Part shown: positions 61,633 to 64,000 of the stretch, one piece after another
Layout of the letters: each line of letters opens with the position of its first letter
How positions within the stretch are numbered: position 1 is the stretch's first letter
DNA from: Octopus sinensis
Lineage: Eukaryota
Direction: 5' to 3'
NCBI RefSeq assembly: GCF_006345805.1
Contig: NC_043000.1
Coordinates: 21,204,001 to 21,268,000, forward strand
Length of the DNA stretch: 64,000 bases
The notes under the pieces: model-generated
The model's input: only the letters and a program-made list of their open reading frames with translations
Databases searched by the model: none
Told to the model about the DNA's origin: nothing
Position numbers and translations under genes: made by a program

Positions 61633-62699
61633 TATCTACACACACCTACAATAAAAAAATTTACATACATAAACACATGTGTAAGCATACACACGCAAAA
61701 TTGTACGTAAATAAATTTTTTAAATGTGTAAATAAAATATACAAGAATTAAAACAAAATATAATTCAACGAAATAAAACATCGAAGTTTACTTATTAGGT
61801 TTAATTAGGACACTCATCAACTTTGTTCCCTTAACCATTTCTCAAATTGTTATTCGGGTGCTACCAAATGCACCACTGAGCAATTTTGAGGCATACTGTA
61901 TTGAAAAACACCAGCAGCGTATGAGTGTTAACGTTTAAGTTCGGTGTAATGTATTAATTTTAATCTTACGAGTAATCTATCTTTTGCGAGTAGTTTACTT
62001 TTTTGAATGTTATTTTCACTTTTTCGGAAAGTCTGTGGTACCACAGATGCATAATTTTGCGTCTTAACTATTTATTTAATTTTCGAAGCACGGTAATGAA
62101 TTTTAGTTCATCTTCATTCTCTTTCCTTTTCTACATTATTTTTCTGTGGAGGTGGGGTTCATTGTAGTTAAGAAGTTTCCTTTTCACTATTTCTATAGTT
62201 TCGTGTTGAATCTTCTTTTTCTGTGATTTTTTTTCTACTTCTTCCTTCATATTTTCATCTTTAATTATTATTTCTTCCTCATAGACAATAAAGGTGTTGT
62301 AGTACAAATTGTCCCTATTAGGAGACAAAGTGTTTACTCATCTATATGTGATCAAAACGGATCACCGGTCCTTCCTGCACTATAGGCTCTTATGGCCGGC
62401 TTCCCAGATTCTGTGGCATATATATTCCTCGCCTGGATGGGACGTCGGTCTGTCGAAGGGTTACTCATTTTTGCCAGCTGAGTGGACTGGAGCAACGTGA
62501 AATTCCTCGGTCCAGGAATCGAAACCACAATCGTACGATCAGGAGTGTAAGACCCTAGCCACTAAGTCACATTCCTCCACCTCTATTTATGATACTGTGC
62601 CAAGAAATATTTCATTTGACATCTCCAGAGTTTGGGCTGATGGTGCTCTGAAAAAATTTTTTTTCTTTTCTTGATAAAAATTTTTTTCATTATTTTCAT

Positions 62700-63200
62700 T
62701 GTGCTTAATCTTCCCAGAGCTTCTGGCGACACGGCTCTAAGGTTTGTTTTACTCTGAAAAATACATCAATATGGCTTTTAACCCTGTATTATTTATATCA
62801 AGCTCTTTGTCTCAGAGTCTTCTACTGGTTACAGTTTCGTAATGGCTTTATAGCCTTCGGGTGCCGCAAGGACTTGAGGACAGATCCATTTGGACGTCCC
62901 TTGACCACATACCACCTTTCGTTAGCATTGCTTAGTCCAATGTTCTTTGTCACAACTAGTGTCCGACATCTCTTATTGTGACTCTTATGTTTCTGTAACC
63001 TATGTATTGGGGCACAAGTATATAGTCAAGGTGTGTCTGACGATTTCAGCCTGTGTTTTGGCTGCGTCTTCAGTTCTAAAGATACAGCAGATTGTGCTAT
63101 AACCTCCACCTTTTTTTTTCGCCTGCGAGATATATACTTTTTATTTTTGCATTCTCCTGAATCAGCTGAAGACGGGTTAAGTATATTGACAATAAGTCAA
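62700..63200 (-). pseudogene. Possible Tx1-like ORF1 fragment
   Basis: ..IFRTEDAAK..YLCPN..YRNIRVTIRDV loosely parallels VRMESEEKA..LLPIY..RITVKNI of ORF1 at 2561. Confidence 0.35.
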
Positions 63201-63623
63201 CCAATTAAACGTTTGATAAATAAATAATTTATTAAGTATAACTTTAAGCATCTTAAAACCTGATAGATAGGTAGAGAGAGTGAGAGAGAGAAACAGACAG
63301 AAAGACAGATAGAAAAAGTGAGAGAATGAGAGATTCAGTCAATATAATTTTGCTAAATTATGTTTCCAGGCCAATTCCAAAAATATCAGCAATCAATTCA
63401 TCATTTGTCATTCCTTTGAAGATTTTCAAATGCGTACATCACTAACATTTTAAGCCACAAATTCTGATTATCCGTTAACGGATTAACTACCACGATGTGT
63501 CATGGCAAAGCAAAACATAAAAGTACAGCTTTTGGAGAAACCAGTGTGTGTATATGTATATGCGTATTTGTGTATGTGCGTGCGTGCGTGTACTCACTTA
63601 TACTGTAGGCCCTCGCTCAGAGT

Positions 63624-63628
63624 TATAA

Positions 63629-63692
<64 letters not shown>

Positions 63693-63712
63693 CATTATTA
63701 TTATTATTATTA

Positions 63713-63758
<46 letters not shown>

Positions 63759-63808
63759 CATTATTATTATATTATTATTATATTATTATATTATTATTAT
63801 TATTATTA

Positions 63809-63869
<61 letters not shown>

Positions 63870-63872
63870 TAT
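63624..63872 (+). repeat. (ATT)n microsatellite / LINE tail
   Basis: Direct inspection. Confidence 0.98.
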
Positions 63873-64000
63873 TGTCTTTAGACTGCTTCTAACGCTGGAG
63901 ATGTACTACGGTTCCAGCTGTTCACCACCAGTGAACTAAGGTATCACCCCTTATTTTTCGAGCACCATCCGGAATATTCCAGCGGTTCCAAGTAATGCTG
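63873..64000 (-). mobile_element. 3' end of a second R4/Dong-like LINE family (continues beyond the window)
   Basis: ALLGTAGIFRMVLEK* (63998-63951), then a short 3' UTR and the (AAT)n tail. Confidence 0.7.

Noticed and set aside
63045-63080. CTGAAGA-CGC-AGCC..GGCT-GAAA-TCGTC on the minus strand
   Set aside because: Three extra nucleotides, no stem I complement, and it lies in a probable ORF1 remnant; likely chance

Overview
This is repeat-saturated, AT-rich animal genomic DNA. The tRNA-derived SINE families and microsatellite content look cephalopod/Octopus-like, but that is an inference and was not verified. I find no intact host gene: almost all ORFs in the supplied track are microsatellite read-throughs. 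Recognisable content: (1) four families of tRNA-derived SINEs (>25 copies, several with TSDs); (2) a full-length but decayed Ty3/gypsy LTR element (22674-27145; 5-bp TSD CAGTC, tRNA-Ser-type PBS); (3) a decayed Penelope-like element (PLE; RT + CX4CX2C linker + GIY-YIG, Neptune-like; 35025-39000, minus); (4) two Tx1-like LINEs, one with GATA repeats on both sides; (5) two R4/Dong-like LINE 3' ends next to (TAA)n; (6) Tc1/mariner and Helitron-like remnants. The most striking unannotated signal is a set of about 12 hammerhead-ribozyme (HHR) motifs from about 7 unrelated small PLE-type elements inserted in (AT)n microsatellites. They include canonical C3-G8 cores and compensatory U3-A8 and G3-C8 cores. 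In four families the HHR sits directly beside the apex of a long fold-back palindrome. A possible minus-strand host exon (13504-13798) with candidate upstream microexons is reported at low confidence. All alignments and folds were done by eye; none were computed.
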